A stretch of DNA of 64,000 bases, taken from the NCBI RefSeq assembly GCF_009914755.1, contig NC_060935.1; one strand, given 5' to 3'. The stretch is from the human T2T-CHM13v2.0 reference genome, Homo sapiens. Numbering within the stretch: the stretch's first letter is position 1; every line of letters starts with the position of its first letter. The notes below the pieces were generated by a model. That model was not told the DNA's origin. It did not search any database and saw only the letters and a list, made by a program, of their open reading frames with translations. Shown here piece by piece: positions 13,431 to 28,959 of this stretch. Made by a program: the position numbers and the translations under genes.

Positions 13431-15801
13431 AAATGGTGGTAGTTAACAGAGAACAATTAATCCCTTTCCAAATAGCATTCTTCTCTATCGAATGAATTCA
13501 CACACTTGCCCGACTTAAAAGTTTCCTTCCTCTTTCGCTTGCCTGGTCCTGAAGTTCTCTAAGACTTAGTTCAGACAAGAACAAAGCAAGGAGCAAAATG
13601 CACAAATAAGTTTATGTTCATGACCGTGTCACACAGAACACTTCATTAATTCAAGATTTATTCCAACTGGGAGATAGTGATCTTGTCTTCTTTGATGATT
13701 CCATTTCTAACTGCTTACTCATGAATTGTTCCTGTGGTGGCAAGATAACCAAAGGCCGGGAAACACTGAGTAACCTAATTGCTGGGGCTTGCTGATTGAT
13801 CTGATTATTACAAAGTGATTCTTAAAATAAGTATTTAAATTCCCATTAAAGACAACATGGGCAGGATTGACTGCTGCTACAGGGATTACTGTAACCTAAC
13901 ATAATATCTTTGATTTTAATAAAATACTTTGTTTACAACTTAACATAGGTATTTTACCAATTAAGTGTATGCTTAGACATGGACAACCACAGTAATTTTT
14001 ATAACATAGAAATTTTAATTTTGCCAACTATTCCTCTGGAACCTTATAATGCTTGGCTTTTTGGTATTTGAATAAATACATTTGTTATAGCAAGCAGTCT
14101 TTCTCTGATGCTAAGCAGAAACATAGGCAAATATACCAGAATAGGAAAACAGAGAAAGTAAAACTAAATTTTATTTTAAAATAAGGTATAAAGAACTCTG
14201 GAATACAAATTGTGCCATCCTGAAGGAGCTTACCTTAAGTTCTTTATGCCACCAATTAGGTAGCCAAATGTCTGTACAGCAACCACCATCCACCCCAACT
14301 CCATCTGCTTTGTCAGGTTACCTTACCCACATGCTTCACTAGTCACACCTACTTATTCATTGAGTTACCTCAAATAGTAGATCTTTTTACACAAAGGAAA
14401 TATTATAAAACCTAGGGCCTCATGGGTAGTGTTCAAAGAGTTTGAGGTGGCAAGATTTTGAATTGATATTCTCTTTGTTCATCTCCAATGACAAAAGAAG
14501 CTAACACACTGGGCATAAATTCTGAGTGATACTGGACACAATTATTTTTTAAAACACCAAATAGACATTTGTAATTTTAAAGTTGAAAGGTATTTTTTTT
14601 TCTAAATTAGGCAATATGTCTGTTCCCTTTTCTGACTACTGCTACTTACAGAATATGAAGATGTTGTTCTAATTTGGTCTTGAATCCCCAGCCTCCTCTC
14701 TTTTCATCTTCTGCTCATATTATCATTTTTATACTGTATGATTGATTTCCTGAGGTTACATATACATTTTCATAAAAAAAGATTAGAAAAACAATAACCA
14801 AATCCAAAATTATTTGTATCCTGGAACATGTACACAGCGTATTTTCCAAAACCTTAAGGGCTTTATCATATTAGATTTTGGAAGACAATTTGTAAGATAG
14901 GAAAGTAATTATAGGTGTACCTGTGTATTTCTTCTTCCATTTATATAAGCCCCTGAAGGCCATTTTTAAGGTGTAAGTATTTTGGAGCATAATGAAGGAT
15001 AGGGAATGGCATCTTTTTATCTGCATGAATATCTTTGTCATAAAGTTGCAGACTTTGGAAAGTCAAGGTTAAAGCTAATTTAGTTAACAATCGTAAATGT
15101 AGCTTTCATTAAGTCTTTAATTTTCATTCATGCTATCATTTCACAAGGGGAACAAATAGCTCTATGACAATTATGCAGGCAAAATGTATGTGTTTATGAG
15201 TGAGTTACTTATTAGAAGACACTGAACATTTGTTTTATGAGGTAAACATTGCTATGAAGCTAACGTTTAAAAGAAATGGGCTTATAAGTGCCTTTTTAAA
15301 GCTTTGACGTAAACAATGTCTAATTTAGTTCAACCCACGGGTATGATTTATCAGCACTGTTCTCATTAGCTTTTTCTATATTTTTAAAAATAATTTATTT
15401 GGTACAGCTTTCCATAAGCATTTAGAGAACTGTAGCAAAGAAAGTATCTCCAAAATGAAGTCACCAAGGGGCTTTTGTGCAGTCACAGAACTAAGCAAAA
15501 CTTTCAGATATTTGCTGTTAGAAAACTGGTCACTATTCTGGCTAGACTACAAAGCTATTTTGCTAAGCTGCTATTCACAACAAAGTTCTGACTCTGATAG
15601 GTACCACAGTTCTCCTGTTCACATTCTTTGGTTCTATCCTCACCCTCACCCAGACTGCTCCCCACTAAATTTCAGAATATTTCTGGGTGAAAAGAGGTTT
15701 TATTAGAAAAAATAATACATTAGGTATACTTCTATCATGTTGAAGGAAATGAGCTGAAAATAAGAAAATATTCAAATACTTGCTTTATTTGCTTTTATGG
15801 A

Positions 15802-16523
15802 TTTTTTTTATTATACTTTAAGTTTTAGGGTACATGTGCACAACATGCAGTTTGTTACATATGTATACATGTGCCATGTTGGTGTGCTGCACCCATTAAC
15901 TTGTCATTTAACATTAGGTATATCTCCTAATGCTTTCCCTCCCTACTCCTCCCACCCCACAACAGGCCCCGGTGTGTGATGTTCCCCTTCCTGTGTCCAT
16001 GTGTTCTCACTGTTCAGTTCCCACCTACGAGTGAGAACACACGGTGTTTGGTTTTTTTGTCCTTGTGATAGTTTGCTGAGAATGATGGTTTCCAGCTTCA
16101 TTCATGTCCCTGCAAAGGACATGAACTCATCATTTTTTATGGCTGCATAGTATTCCATGGTGTATATGTGCCACATTTTCTTAATCCAGTCTATCATTGT
16201 TGGACATTTGGGTTGGTTCCAAGTCTTCGCTATTGTGAATACTGTCGCAATAAACATACATGTGCATGTGTCTTTATAGCTTCATGATTTATAATCCTTT
16301 GGGTATATAGCCAGTAATGGGATGGCTGGGTCAAATGGTATTTCTAGTTCTAGATCCCTGAGGAATCGCCAAACTGACTTCCACAATGGTTGAACTAGTT
16401 TACAGTCCCACCAACGGTGTAAAAGTGTTCCTATTTCTCCACATCTTCTCCAGCACCTGTTGTGTCCTGACTTTTTAATGATTGCCATTCTAACTGGTGT
16501 GAGATGGTATCTCATTGTGGTTT
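15802..16523 (-). mobile_element. 5'-truncated young L1PA (about L1PA3-5)
   Basis: ttattatactttaagttttagggtacatgtgcacaac 3' end; ORF 16282..16515 [46 protein letters not shown] is the ORF2 Cys-rich C-terminus. Confidence 0.95.
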
Positions 16524-17219
16524 ATTTTTCCTTTAGAAACAACTGGGGAATTACTCAAGTCCTGTATTTCTCTTCTAGAACATCTTTCTTTAGATGCACT
16601 GCATTTATTTAGTTTTCCATTTGTGAAGGTAAAATACAAGAATGAAGAATAGTATAAACAATTTTTCAAAAACATGTTTGAAAAGAATTCTGATATAAAA
16701 TAATTACATATCATCAAAATATATGTATGATAATATATACATTTTATTTATCGTAACATATTCATGATAAAGATATTTGCAATTAAGAAATTCTGAATTA
16801 AATCTGTCAGATGACAAAGAGACTAAGATTTAAAAATTATAATTGTTGGATATTACTGGCCATTAACACATTATAAAGACATAAAAATCTGTTTAATGTT
16901 TTGGATAAAAAATTATAAATATATAATTTCCGAAGTAAAAATCTTACTCTAAAAAGAATGTAATCTGGAATATTAAACTCTCGATATTTATTAAAAGTTT
17001 GATCATAATTATAGTTTGTATAATATGTTGCAAAACATTTTCTTCCTGGAAAGCTTTTTTTTCCTTTCACATCCTGTATACTATAGGACAAGGGACAAGG
17101 TATATGTGCTAATTTATCCTCATTGTTATTTTCAAACTGTTGACACCCACCCTTCTCCCATTCCTCAAATAAATAAATAATGATTTGCTTGGATTCTATG
17201 ACATTAAATTATACAGTTA

Positions 17220-18030
17220 ACTAGCTTCCCAACCATTGTCATTCGTTCACTGAAGATTGTAATACCTGTTTCACTGTCTTTACTTCAATCACTACTTTTG
17301 TCATAATTCTTGTGGAGTTCACTTTTTATATAATCCATCTACTTCCTCCCATTTTCAAAAATGTTTTTTACCTTCAGTAATTGAATTTTACTTTTGATCT
17401 AGTAACAATTCCTACAACAGAATTCTTGTAACCTGTCCTTACCAACAACTGTGTCATTTCTACACTTTCCATTTTTGTTATCTTTTTCTTCGACTACTAC
17501 CTATCTTTCAAGCTCACTTCCATAAATACTCCAATCTACTCTTTTGATCCCGCTACCTTTCATTTTCCTACTGTAATGGGTCTTCCCTTCTTATCCTCAT
17601 ATTTGTCTTTGCCTAATGTGAACTGAGTGTTCATCTTTCTACTCATTTCCCAAACTATCTTGCTCTAACCTACACTTACACTGCCTAACCAGAAGTCTGC
17701 TAAATCCATATGCATCTCCACACGCATATCCAATCAACTGAAAATAGCCTGAGAAAACATGAGTAACTCCATGATTGTTATCTCTTTATTCAAGACCACA
17801 GACCTCAAGTTGTCTTTCAGTACTGAGAACCAACTAGAGTTTGCTAGTTTACTCACTTTCCCATTCTACTAATAAACTTTCTCATACCCTCCTTTTACTA
17901 AAGAATATTTCGTATATTTGGTTCTTATTCCCTCGAAAAACAACATTTGAAGAATATCTTCTTGCCTTCCTGTTACCTAAGTATTAACAAGTCACTGTCA
18001 TTTATATCCATATAATTTTTCTAATCTTTC
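17220..18030 (+). mobile_element. Degraded L2 fragments
   Basis: Pyrimidine-rich sequence with L2 ORF2-like tracts (gtcataattcttgtggagttca; gaccacagacctcaagttgtctttcagtactg); boundaries uncertain. Confidence 0.45.
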
Positions 18031-18372
18031 TACCTTATTTTTTTCTTATTTAATTGTATTAACAAGGTATACAGACAGGTACAATGACAATTAGAAATGG
18101 TGATGGTGGTTATCCTTGTCTTGCTTCTGATATTAAAAGACTCTATCTAAAATGCTTCCTTTATATTCCCTGTAGTCTTTGTGTACATACTGTTTATTCA
18201 ATTAAGACAAGCATTGAAGGTGACTTATAATCACACTACAGCTGATTTAATCTTGTTTTTCTTCTCTGAACTTCAACAGGCCCACACTTGAGTCAATCAT
18301 AATTATTGGTTAATAACATACTTACTTCATTGGTCCACATTTGACTGACTTTTGTTTATTCGTTAGTGAATT

Positions 18373-18872
18373 ATTCTATTTGGATTTAGTAAGAAAATGA
18401 GAACCACTGCAAGTATGGAAATAAGGTTTGCACATAGAAACTACAGGTTACGTAAATGTGTTTCGCATTGGAGAAGAGAAAGTCTGGATTTCTGTGGCCA
18501 AAGGATCAGAAATAACTTACAATGATATTGATCTAAAGCATTAGAGGGGAGAAAAAAAATAATCATGGGGAAATCTGAGAATCAACTACAAGCACAAAAG
18601 GATGTGACGGATAGATCTGCAAAGCTGGCAGTGTTTGTAGAAGTTTCTGTATATTTGGAAGCTGCCATGGCAATCACCACTTCTGACCACACAACATATG
18701 ACAGCTATAGACAGCTTAGAATAATAATGGCCTCTACTTCATGTCTGTCTCCAAACTTTGGGCAAGTACCACTCATGAACAAACTGTAACCCAAATTCGT
18801 ATAGGTAGGTGAATACTGGGAAATATGAAGTGTGTTGATGCTTAGTTGAAGCAAATAATTTATTACAGACCA
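18373..18872 (-). mobile_element. Old ERVL-class LTR, probable 3' LTR of the adjacent ERV-L provirus
   Basis: LTR-like antisense ends (tattctatttggatttagtaagaaaatgagaaccact...; taacccaaattcgtatagg...gaatactgggaaatatg); abuts the 3' end of the ERVL internal sequence; subfamily not assigned. Confidence 0.5.
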
Positions 18873-20244
18873 TTCTTTCATCAATGTGGCATCTATACAC
18901 ACTCCTTTTAACTATATTTAATTTCTGAATAAAAATACTAATAAAATAATGCTTCAGCTCAACTGAATGCAACCATCTCACATAAAACTAACGACTTGTC
19001 AACTTTCTTCCAGAAAGAGGAGATGAAAAGACCATATAATCTTCAGATCACATTTATTCTTGTTCTAGTGAAGTCACAATCTCTCTTTGATATCCTGTAA
19101 TTTAATTACTGAGTTAGAGAGATTTAACATCTAATAATGCATATTAGTCAGAGGGAGATAAAACAAATTGGTTAATATATACAAATAATATTAAAGCAAA
19201 GAGGAAAATACATATATAATATAGCAATTAATAATGTGGTAGCAGCTAGAAATTAGAACTTTCTTCTTCTAATATTCATTCTACCTCTATAATCTATAAT
19301 AGTGGCCCACTGGTTAAGGCAACTCAGACTTTCCTTTAACAAAGTGTCCACACTATTATGTGTTTCTCTTGTACTGAGCTGCTGTCGTTTTCAGTTAATT
19401 GTAATCACTAGACGTGGGATACTGAGATTATTCCCAGAAAATATCAGTCGTTTTCCAGACATATTCTTTCCCAGTGTGTAGTAACAACCTAATTTCATAT
19501 TATAGATAAGATCAATCATCCCAGTCGGCACAACCATTGTCTTCTTCGCACTGTTTCTCCTTCCAGTTAAATGGACCATTGGTGTTTTACTTGTTCGAAG
19601 TATTTCTTACTTAGATTATCAGAGGTAATGGGAGAAGCATACAATTTTCTTACTTTGTTTCCTGTACCTATGTATCATGGCTATGGCATAAAAATAACAT
19701 GTATTAGGCACTGATTCAGAGCACATAGCAAAACATTATTGTAATCCACAAACATTGCCATTTAACTGGTGCTGTAACAGTCTTCTGCAAAGGCACTGCA
19801 TCATTCTATCAGGACAGTTGCCTTCGGGTTATGGGTAAAATAGTAAGATCTGTGAATTTTTTAATCATGAACAAATCGTTGCTTTTTGAATTTCTATAAA
19901 ATGAGTTTCCTGGCAATAAGCATTGGTATGTGGAATACCATGAAAAGAAAGAAGGTGCTCTGTAAGTCTCCAGAGGATAGGTTGGGCAGAAGCATTAGGA
20001 TGTGTCTATTCCAGAAAGCACAAATAGATCTCTTTCAGGTATCTACATGGTCTTTTAGGTATCTATATGGTCTGTGGAGAAATTATGCTATGTCTGGGTC
20101 TCAGTGTTATTCTCTGCTGTTGATAAATTAGCACTGAAGGTTTGTAGTCAGATCAACTTTGGTAAGTAACATGCTGTGTAGCTTAGCTCACGATAACTTT
20201 CATACTTGCCACAATGAGTTCACTCATTAAAGATAAAGGGATCT

Positions 20245-20569
<325 letters not shown>

Positions 20570-21554
20570 TCACTGACATCAACAGAGTCATCAGACATTT
20601 TTTTCCATGTAATTTTTGATAATCTCTTGTACTAAGGCTATCTTTAGTGGATTTTTGTAGTAGATACAAATATTCTCACATTTTATGCCCATTTAGGGAA
20701 GTTCACCCAAAATATTTATTCCACCAATCTCCTTGATCCTTTTCAACTTTGTTCTTTTCAAGTCATTAACCCTCAGACCAACTGCTAAAGACTCCTATGA
20801 ATCACTGTAGGTTAGTGTCTCTGGCCATCTCCCCTTTTAGGGAAAATGACTACCAAGTATACCTCTCAGATTTTTGCCCACTGGAAAATGTTCTCTTCAT
20901 TACTGTCTTCTATAGCTACTCTTGAATGGGGCCGCTATGCTATAGCCATCCCAGCCATCCACTTTTGAAAGGTTCAAGTGTCATTTGTATATTTGTTTAT
21001 TATTTTTAAATTGACAATTTTTTATGTATTTAGACACTGTGATGCTCTGATATATGTATACATTGTAGAATGACTAAATCAACCTAATCAGCATATCCAT
21101 CACCTCACAAAAACATTTAAAATCTATTATCTTAGCAATTTTCAAGTATACAATATATTATTATTAACTACAGTCACCATGTTGTACAATAGATCTCCAA
21201 AACATATTGCTCCTGTCTAACTGGAACACTGTAACCTCTGACCACCATCTTCCCATTTCCTGGTTATTCTAGCCTCCGTTTACCATTCTGTTATCTGTTT
21301 CTACAGGTTGAATATTTTGATTCTATGTGTAATTGAGAACCTGTAGGATTTGACTTTCTGTTCTTCTGCTTATTTTACTTAGCAGAGTGGCCTGCAGATT
21401 CATCCACATTTTCGCAAACAACAGGACTTCCTTATTTTCTAAGGCTGAATAGTATTCCATTGTGCATATCTACCACATTTTCTTCACTTATTTGTCCTCC
21501 ATTGGGCATTTAGGTTGATTCCATAGCTTGGCTGTTGTGAATAATACTGCAATT

Positions 21555-21618
21555 AATATAGGAGTACAAATATATCTTCAACACTGAATATAGGAGTACA
21601 AATGTATCTTCAACACTG
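21555..21618. repeat. 32-bp tandem duplication within the L1
   Basis: aatataggagtacaaat(a/g)tatcttcaacactg twice, 1 mismatch. Confidence 0.9.
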
Positions 21619-23732
21619 ATTCTATTTTCTTTGGATATATACCCAGAAGTAAAATTGCTGGATCATATACTAGCTCTATTTTTAATTTAGTGAGTAATTC
21701 TCATACTGTTTTCCATAGTGGTTGTACCAATTTATATTCACATCAATAGTGTACATGGTTGCCTTTTCTTCACATTCTTGCCAATACTTATCTTTTGCCT
21801 TTTTAATAATAGCTATTCTAACAGGTATAAGGTGATATCTTGTGGTTTTAATGTGCATTTCCCTGATAATTAGTGATGTTGAGCTTTTTAAAGTATACCT
21901 GTCATGTCATGTCACCTGTAAAGATAATTTAACCCCTTTTTTCAGTTTAGATGCCTTTTATTTCTTTTTCTTGTCTAATTTTCCGGCTAGGAATTTCAGT
22001 ACTCTGTTAAATAGAAGTAGTGAGCACGGGCATTCTTGTCATATTTCTAATTACAGTGAAAAAAGTTTCTGCTTTTCACACTTGAGAATGATGTTAACTG
22101 TAGGCTTGTTATATATGGCCGTTATTATGTTGAAGTAAATTTTTATATACCTAATTTTATGAAAGTTTTCATCATGAAAGGACATTAAATGTTGTCAAAT
22201 GCTTTTTCTGCATTTATTGTAATGACCATATGATGTCTATCCTTCATTCTTTTAATATGGTATATCACATATATAGACTTTTGTATGTTGAATGATCCTT
22301 GCATCCAAGGGATTATTTCTCACTTATTCATAGTGTATGGTTTTTTAAATATGCTTTTGAACTATGTTTGTTAGCATTTTGTTGAGAATTTTGCATCTAT
22401 GTTAAACAGGGACATTAGTCTTTAATTTTCTCTTCTTGTAGTGATATTGTCTGGCTTTGATATAGAGTAATGTTCTTCCAAAAAATTAAAGAGGAGTAAA
22501 CACTTCCAGCTACTTATAGTAAGTAGTTTGGTTAGCAATAAGTAAGTATATAGTAAGTATAGGAGTAACACTTCCAAAGTCTTTAATTTTTTTGAAGAAT
22601 TTGTAAAGAATTGGGGTTCTTTTCTAAATGCTCAGTAGAATTTACCAATGAAGCCATCAGGTTCTGAGCTTTTTTTCAAAATATTTTTGATTATTGATTC
22701 AATCTAATTTATCATTATTTATCTGTTCAGATCTATTATTTAATGAATTAATCTTGGTAAATTATACTTTTCTAGAAAATTATCCATTTCTTCTAAATTA
22801 TCTAATTTGTTGGGGTGTAATGGTTTGTAGTATTTTCTTATGGTCCTTTGTATTCCTGTGGTATCAGTGGTTATATCTCCTCTTTCATTTCTGATTTTAT
22901 TTATTTTCTCTGTTTTGATTATCATAGTTTAGCTAAAGGTTTGTGACTTTTGTTTATCTTTTTGAAAAACCAACCTAGTTTTATTGATCTCTTCTATTGT
23001 TACTTTTCTCTTTATTTTGCTTATTTTGTCTCTAATCTTTATTCTTTCTTTCCTTTTTCTGACTTGGGACTTAGTTTATTCTTCTTTTCCTAGTTCCTTG
23101 AGGTGTGTAAAGTTAGGTTCTTAATTTGAGATCTTCATTCTGAATGTAGGCATATCTCACTATAGATTTCCTCTTATAATTGCTTTTACTATATCCCATA
23201 AGTTTTGGTATATTGGGGTTCTATTTATGTTTGTTTCAATATATTTTTTTACTTCATTTTTGATTTCTTTTTTGACCTATTTGTTGTTTTGGAATGTGTT
23301 GTTTAATTTCCCCATACTTTTAATTTTCATATTTTCTTTCTGTTATTAATTTTAGTTTCATATCATTGTGTTTAAAAAAGATATTTGATATAATTTCAAA
23401 CTTACCGAATTTGGTAAGCCTTGTTTTGTGGCCTAATATATAATCTCTCCTGGAGAATGTTCCCTGTGTTCTTTAAAAGAATGTGTATTCTGCTGCTGTT
23501 GGAGGAAATATTCTGTATAGGTCTGTTAGGTCCATTTGGTCTCTAGTGCTGTTCAGGTCTGCTATTTTCTTATAAATCTTCTGTCCCGATGATATATGCA
23601 TTGCTAAAGATTAGGCATCTAAGTCCCCTACTACAATTGTATTGCTGTGTATTTCTCCCTTCAATTCTATCAATATTTGCTTTATATATTTAGGTGTTTC
23701 CATTTTGAATAGATATACATAGGCAATTATAA

Positions 23733-23978
<246 letters not shown>

Positions 23979-24318
23979 TGACTCATTTATTATTATATAA
24001 TTGCCCTTTTTGTCTTTTGTGCTGGTTTTATCTTTAAAGTCTATTTTGTCTTACAAAAGTATAGACAACTTTGCTTTTCTTGGTTATGATTTGAATAGAC
24101 TAGCTTCTTCCATCCTTCACTTTCAGCATATGTATGTCTTAAAATCTAAAGTGAGTCTCTTTTAGGAAGCATACAGTTAAATGATACTTTTTTTTAAATC
24201 CATTCAGCCACTATTTGTCTTTTGAGTGGATAATTTAGTCCATTTATATTTAGTGAATTATTAATAGGTAATAACTTACTATTGACATTTTGTTAATTTT
24301 TTTCTGACGGTTTTATAG

Positions 24319-24714
<396 letters not shown>

Positions 24715-27689
24715 GAAAGTAGATATTTTTATCTAGTGGTATCCTTTGATTCCTTTCTTTTTATCTTTTGTGTATCCACTACTGATTTTATGTGTGTGTG
24801 TATGCTTATCAACAGGCTAAATAAAACATCTTATTGATAGACTACTTTAAACTTAACTTTGCATACAAAACCTCTATATTTCAACTTTCTCTACTTTCAT
24901 ATTTTATGTAATTTATATCGCTATTTACATATTTTAAATATCATGAATCTATTACTAAATATTTGTAGATATAGTTATTTTTAATCCTTTTGTCTTTTAA
25001 CTTTTATGATAGAATTGAAAGTAATTTATGCTCCATCATTGCAATATTATTCTGCTTCAAATATTTTATTAGGCTCTATTGGAATATGTCAAATTATCAA
25101 TTTCAACATCTTTATCTGCCATAAGCATTTTAAGTACCATGGGATTGTCTGAAACATATGGCTGAAGTGACAGAGCAGCTTTCACAGCAGCCTGAATCAG
25201 TTGAAAAGCCCTTTATTGTTCTTGGTCCCTTTCACATAATTCAGTGAACAGTTTTAAGCAGCATGCAACAATGAAATATATGTTTCCTCCAAAATACAAA
25301 GAGGCCCTCTAGTAGCTATGTTGTTTTTTTTTCTTTTCTTTTTGTAGTGATAGTGGATGTCAGTTTTAACTGACAATTTGTCCTTTAACTTGGAAAGATT
25401 ACCTTACTGTGTTCTAAACTGTTTGACCCTTGGTATTTCACCAAAGTTTCAGGTAATTTAACTGTAAAAAATTTTTCTTCTCAAACTTTGTCATACATGT
25501 GTCTCACCAATATCTAATCAGTATGATATGTCAATATAGAAGATCAACACTTTATCCTGTGGGATGAAAGATGAACAATATCCCTACAGGCTAATTTGTA
25601 ATGAAAGGCTGGAGAATTGATATAGCCCTGTGATAAGATGGTAAAGAAGTTTTATGTGAAATACTTAATGGTTTTTCAGCCCTATGATAAGGTGATGAAA
25701 GAAAGTTGAATTGGTATTCTTTAGTAACGGGTAGGAAACCAACAAACAAAAAACACACACCGGATCAATGGTTCTATACCAGATGCCATATGAGGTCAAC
25801 AGAAAAATTACTTCTGGAACAGCAGCTACAATGGATAAATTATCTCATTAAGTTTACTTTAATTGACTCTTTCTCCAAGATTCACCTGTTTCTACCCAGG
25901 CCAATCAGAGGTGTTAAAGAGGGATATAATAAAGATTACTACTTTTGTAATCTTTAATTTTTAAGGAGCATTCCTCCAGGAATGCGGTATTGCTTTGAGC
26001 AGGTAGAGAGAGTTTAAAGAACTTTCATTTGGCCCTTTCTACCATAATACCTGTTATTTCTAAGTCAGTAAGCCATGTGGAAATTGGTCAGTTGATAAAT
26101 ATGTTGACTCCCACAGTACATTCTGGAACTTGTAAAATAACCATAGAATGAAGGATGGTGTAACAGTGTTCTTCCTCAGGAGAATCCTGCCTCTCCTGCA
26201 TTCACACTGCCCTGGATCTTGAACTGATTAAATTGCAGAATACAGTGAGGGACCATGACCCTCTAATACAGCAATTTAAGTTCACCAGACCTAAGATAAT
26301 TTGTTTTGTTTTTTAAATCAAGTAAGACATTAATAGGTTGCCCATTTCTTTCATATTTAATTATGTTCCCTTATTCAGAATCAAAGATTTCTGTATGTCA
26401 AACTCTAACTGCCATTACCCTTATGCTCATTATGCTTATTATGGTCATCGTGACCATCTTTTCTCTGGTTGTTAGATGCCAACGTCTGGCCCCTGCCATG
26501 CTGGGATCTCATCATTCCTATTGAGGGATGATGGTCAGAAGATTTATTTTGATGGCAGCATTTCCCACTGTGATTCCTGGACCACAGATTACAGGCACAA
26601 AACAGCCTTTCAAAGATACTATTAATCTCTCATCAATACATTTCTAGAAGCCTATTTAAAGTGAGTATTCTCTAGGCCCTCTGTTGTACATAATGAGGAA
26701 GTATGTAAGCAGGGTATCCACAATAAACCTACACTAGCATTTCTATTTCCCAAAGCTTTACTTTTTCTATGTAATACTAAGGAAGTTTTGACATCATTCA
26801 ATGTATTCTATTATTGTGCCATGTCTAAGAAAGATGTCCCACTGGCAGAGGTTGCCCCACAATGGAAGCCATCATGTTAGTGGATTCTGCCAAGTCTTTA
26901 GAAGTCACTAAATCTGTCACTCCTACTGTCCTCCTGATCGAAAGATCAAAAAGTCAGGGACCTCTACTTCTCAACTGTCTTTCAAATCTCATGGGATTTT
27001 TTCTCATTGACTAATTCCAAGATGAGGCCATATAAGTAAGGTAGTATTAAAAAAATAATTATTTTAAGTTTGTTCTTAGAACAAAGGTTTCTAGAGATTC
27101 CAACCAAGAATCTAGTTTATTTATAACAATCCTTTTCCTGGCAAGTCGTGAACATTAATATTTTGTCTTCCTGGCTTGATGAAACTGCTAAAATCTTTAC
27201 TTCACTTTTCCATATGGTTTTAGCTTAACATTTTATTGTCTTTTCTGGGCAGCTGCAGATTACAGCCAATGTCTTAAGGAGAGAATTGGCTATGTGTCAG
27301 GATCAGTTATACACTATTTCCTTTTCTCTTAGATGTTGACCACTGATGCTCCAATTTTGTCTCTCTAGCCTGATTAGAACACCAATATTTCAGGAGGTTC
27401 CCCAGAAGTAGCTATTTTCTGAAACCAGACACAGATACTCATAATGTTCAGAATCAGAAAAGGCCTCTACAATATAGAATATAGTTCCAGGAATAAGTTC
27501 ATTTCTCCATGGTTATCTCTTTCTGAAATCTTTGTCTGTCTAACCTATTACTTCAGCAGCTTTCTGATGATTTTATACAGATTTTCACTATTTGTTTCTA
27601 TATAGCTTTTCGAGATTAAGGAGAGAGTATTTGTGTATTTTAAGTTTCTCCAGCAAAAAGCCAAGCTTTGTATTTGTCATTGACTTTTG

Positions 27690-28240
27690 ATCAATACTTT
27701 CAGCATATTTCCAACAAAGAGTCTATATGCATAGCCCACCAGGATTTCATGAAAGTACCTATTTTCCATCAATGTAATCAGCATTGGATATATTAAAATG
27801 GATTTTACTATTTGCCAAACAAAAGAATGAAAAATTGTCTTAAAGATGCTTTCATTTGTCTTTTCATAACTCCTAGTGAAGTTGAACATTTTCTAACATA
27901 TTTTTCTTTTGCCTTTTACATTTCTGTTTTTTTGTTTCTTTGTTTGTTTGTTTTTTAATGACAGTTTATGCTATTTGGCCAGGTTTGCTGGGTATTGTTT
28001 ATAGGTTTGTTTCTTATGCTTTGGTTATTTATTTCTTTACACTTTTTAAAATACCAATACACAAGAGCTCTCTTTATATTGCAAACATTAATTTTCTATA
28101 TTCTTAGTTATTTTTATTGTAGATTTTCTATTGCTCTATCTTTGCATTTGGAATCTGTCAGTAGTGTCCTTCCATTCAGAAAATTTAATTTTTATGTTTG
28201 TAAATCTTTCAATTTTTTCTAGTCATAACCTGGGTTTTTC
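27690..28240 (-). mobile_element. Ancient L1 (L1ME/L1MC-type) fragment
   Basis: ctagtgaagttgaacattttc and other degenerate antisense ORF2-end motifs; boundaries approximate. Confidence 0.55.
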
Positions 28241-28959
28241 TGTCATTTCATTAAATAATAATATTTTGTTAATTGAAGCTACATTACATATTTTCAATTA
28301 CTGTATAATGACTTCTAAATTATAAAATCATTATGTATAGATATGATGAATATTTCATGGGTATTGCATGAATCGTGAACAAAAGCAATGTCAATAGAGA
28401 CAAAAAATATTTTTGTTTCTATTTCAGTTTCTGGTTTAGAGAACTGAATTTATGCAAGGAAAATTTTCTGCTCCTATATAATGGAATCAATTGAAATCCA
28501 TGTATGTAATTGCAAAGACGTATAAGATCAAAAGATGTCATAAATGATAGATTTTCTTACATTAGTTTAATGCACCATGCTCTCATGAAATAAAGTTAAC
28601 CAAGATAAAGATTTCACCAATTCTGGTCTTTTAAAAAATATTTCATAGTCATTTATAATCTTGGACCTGGAATCTGGAATTTGGTAGTTTCTGATTATCA
28701 GTTTCCCTCTAAATCATTGATAAGGGGGTACATTAAAAATAATGCTGCTCAGAGATAAATCTTAAGGAAGTGTCTCTACACTGAGTCAACATTTCAAATG
28801 TAGAGTTTGTATTTTGATTGTTTTTGTGTTCTTTTAACTATAAAATTAAATGGAGCTCATTTAAGGCAGTATCAGTGTAAAAAAGGTAGACTCTTCAGAG
28901 TATTAGTAGTTCAGATATAATTCAGGATAAAATATGTATTTTTACATCATATGTTTTAG

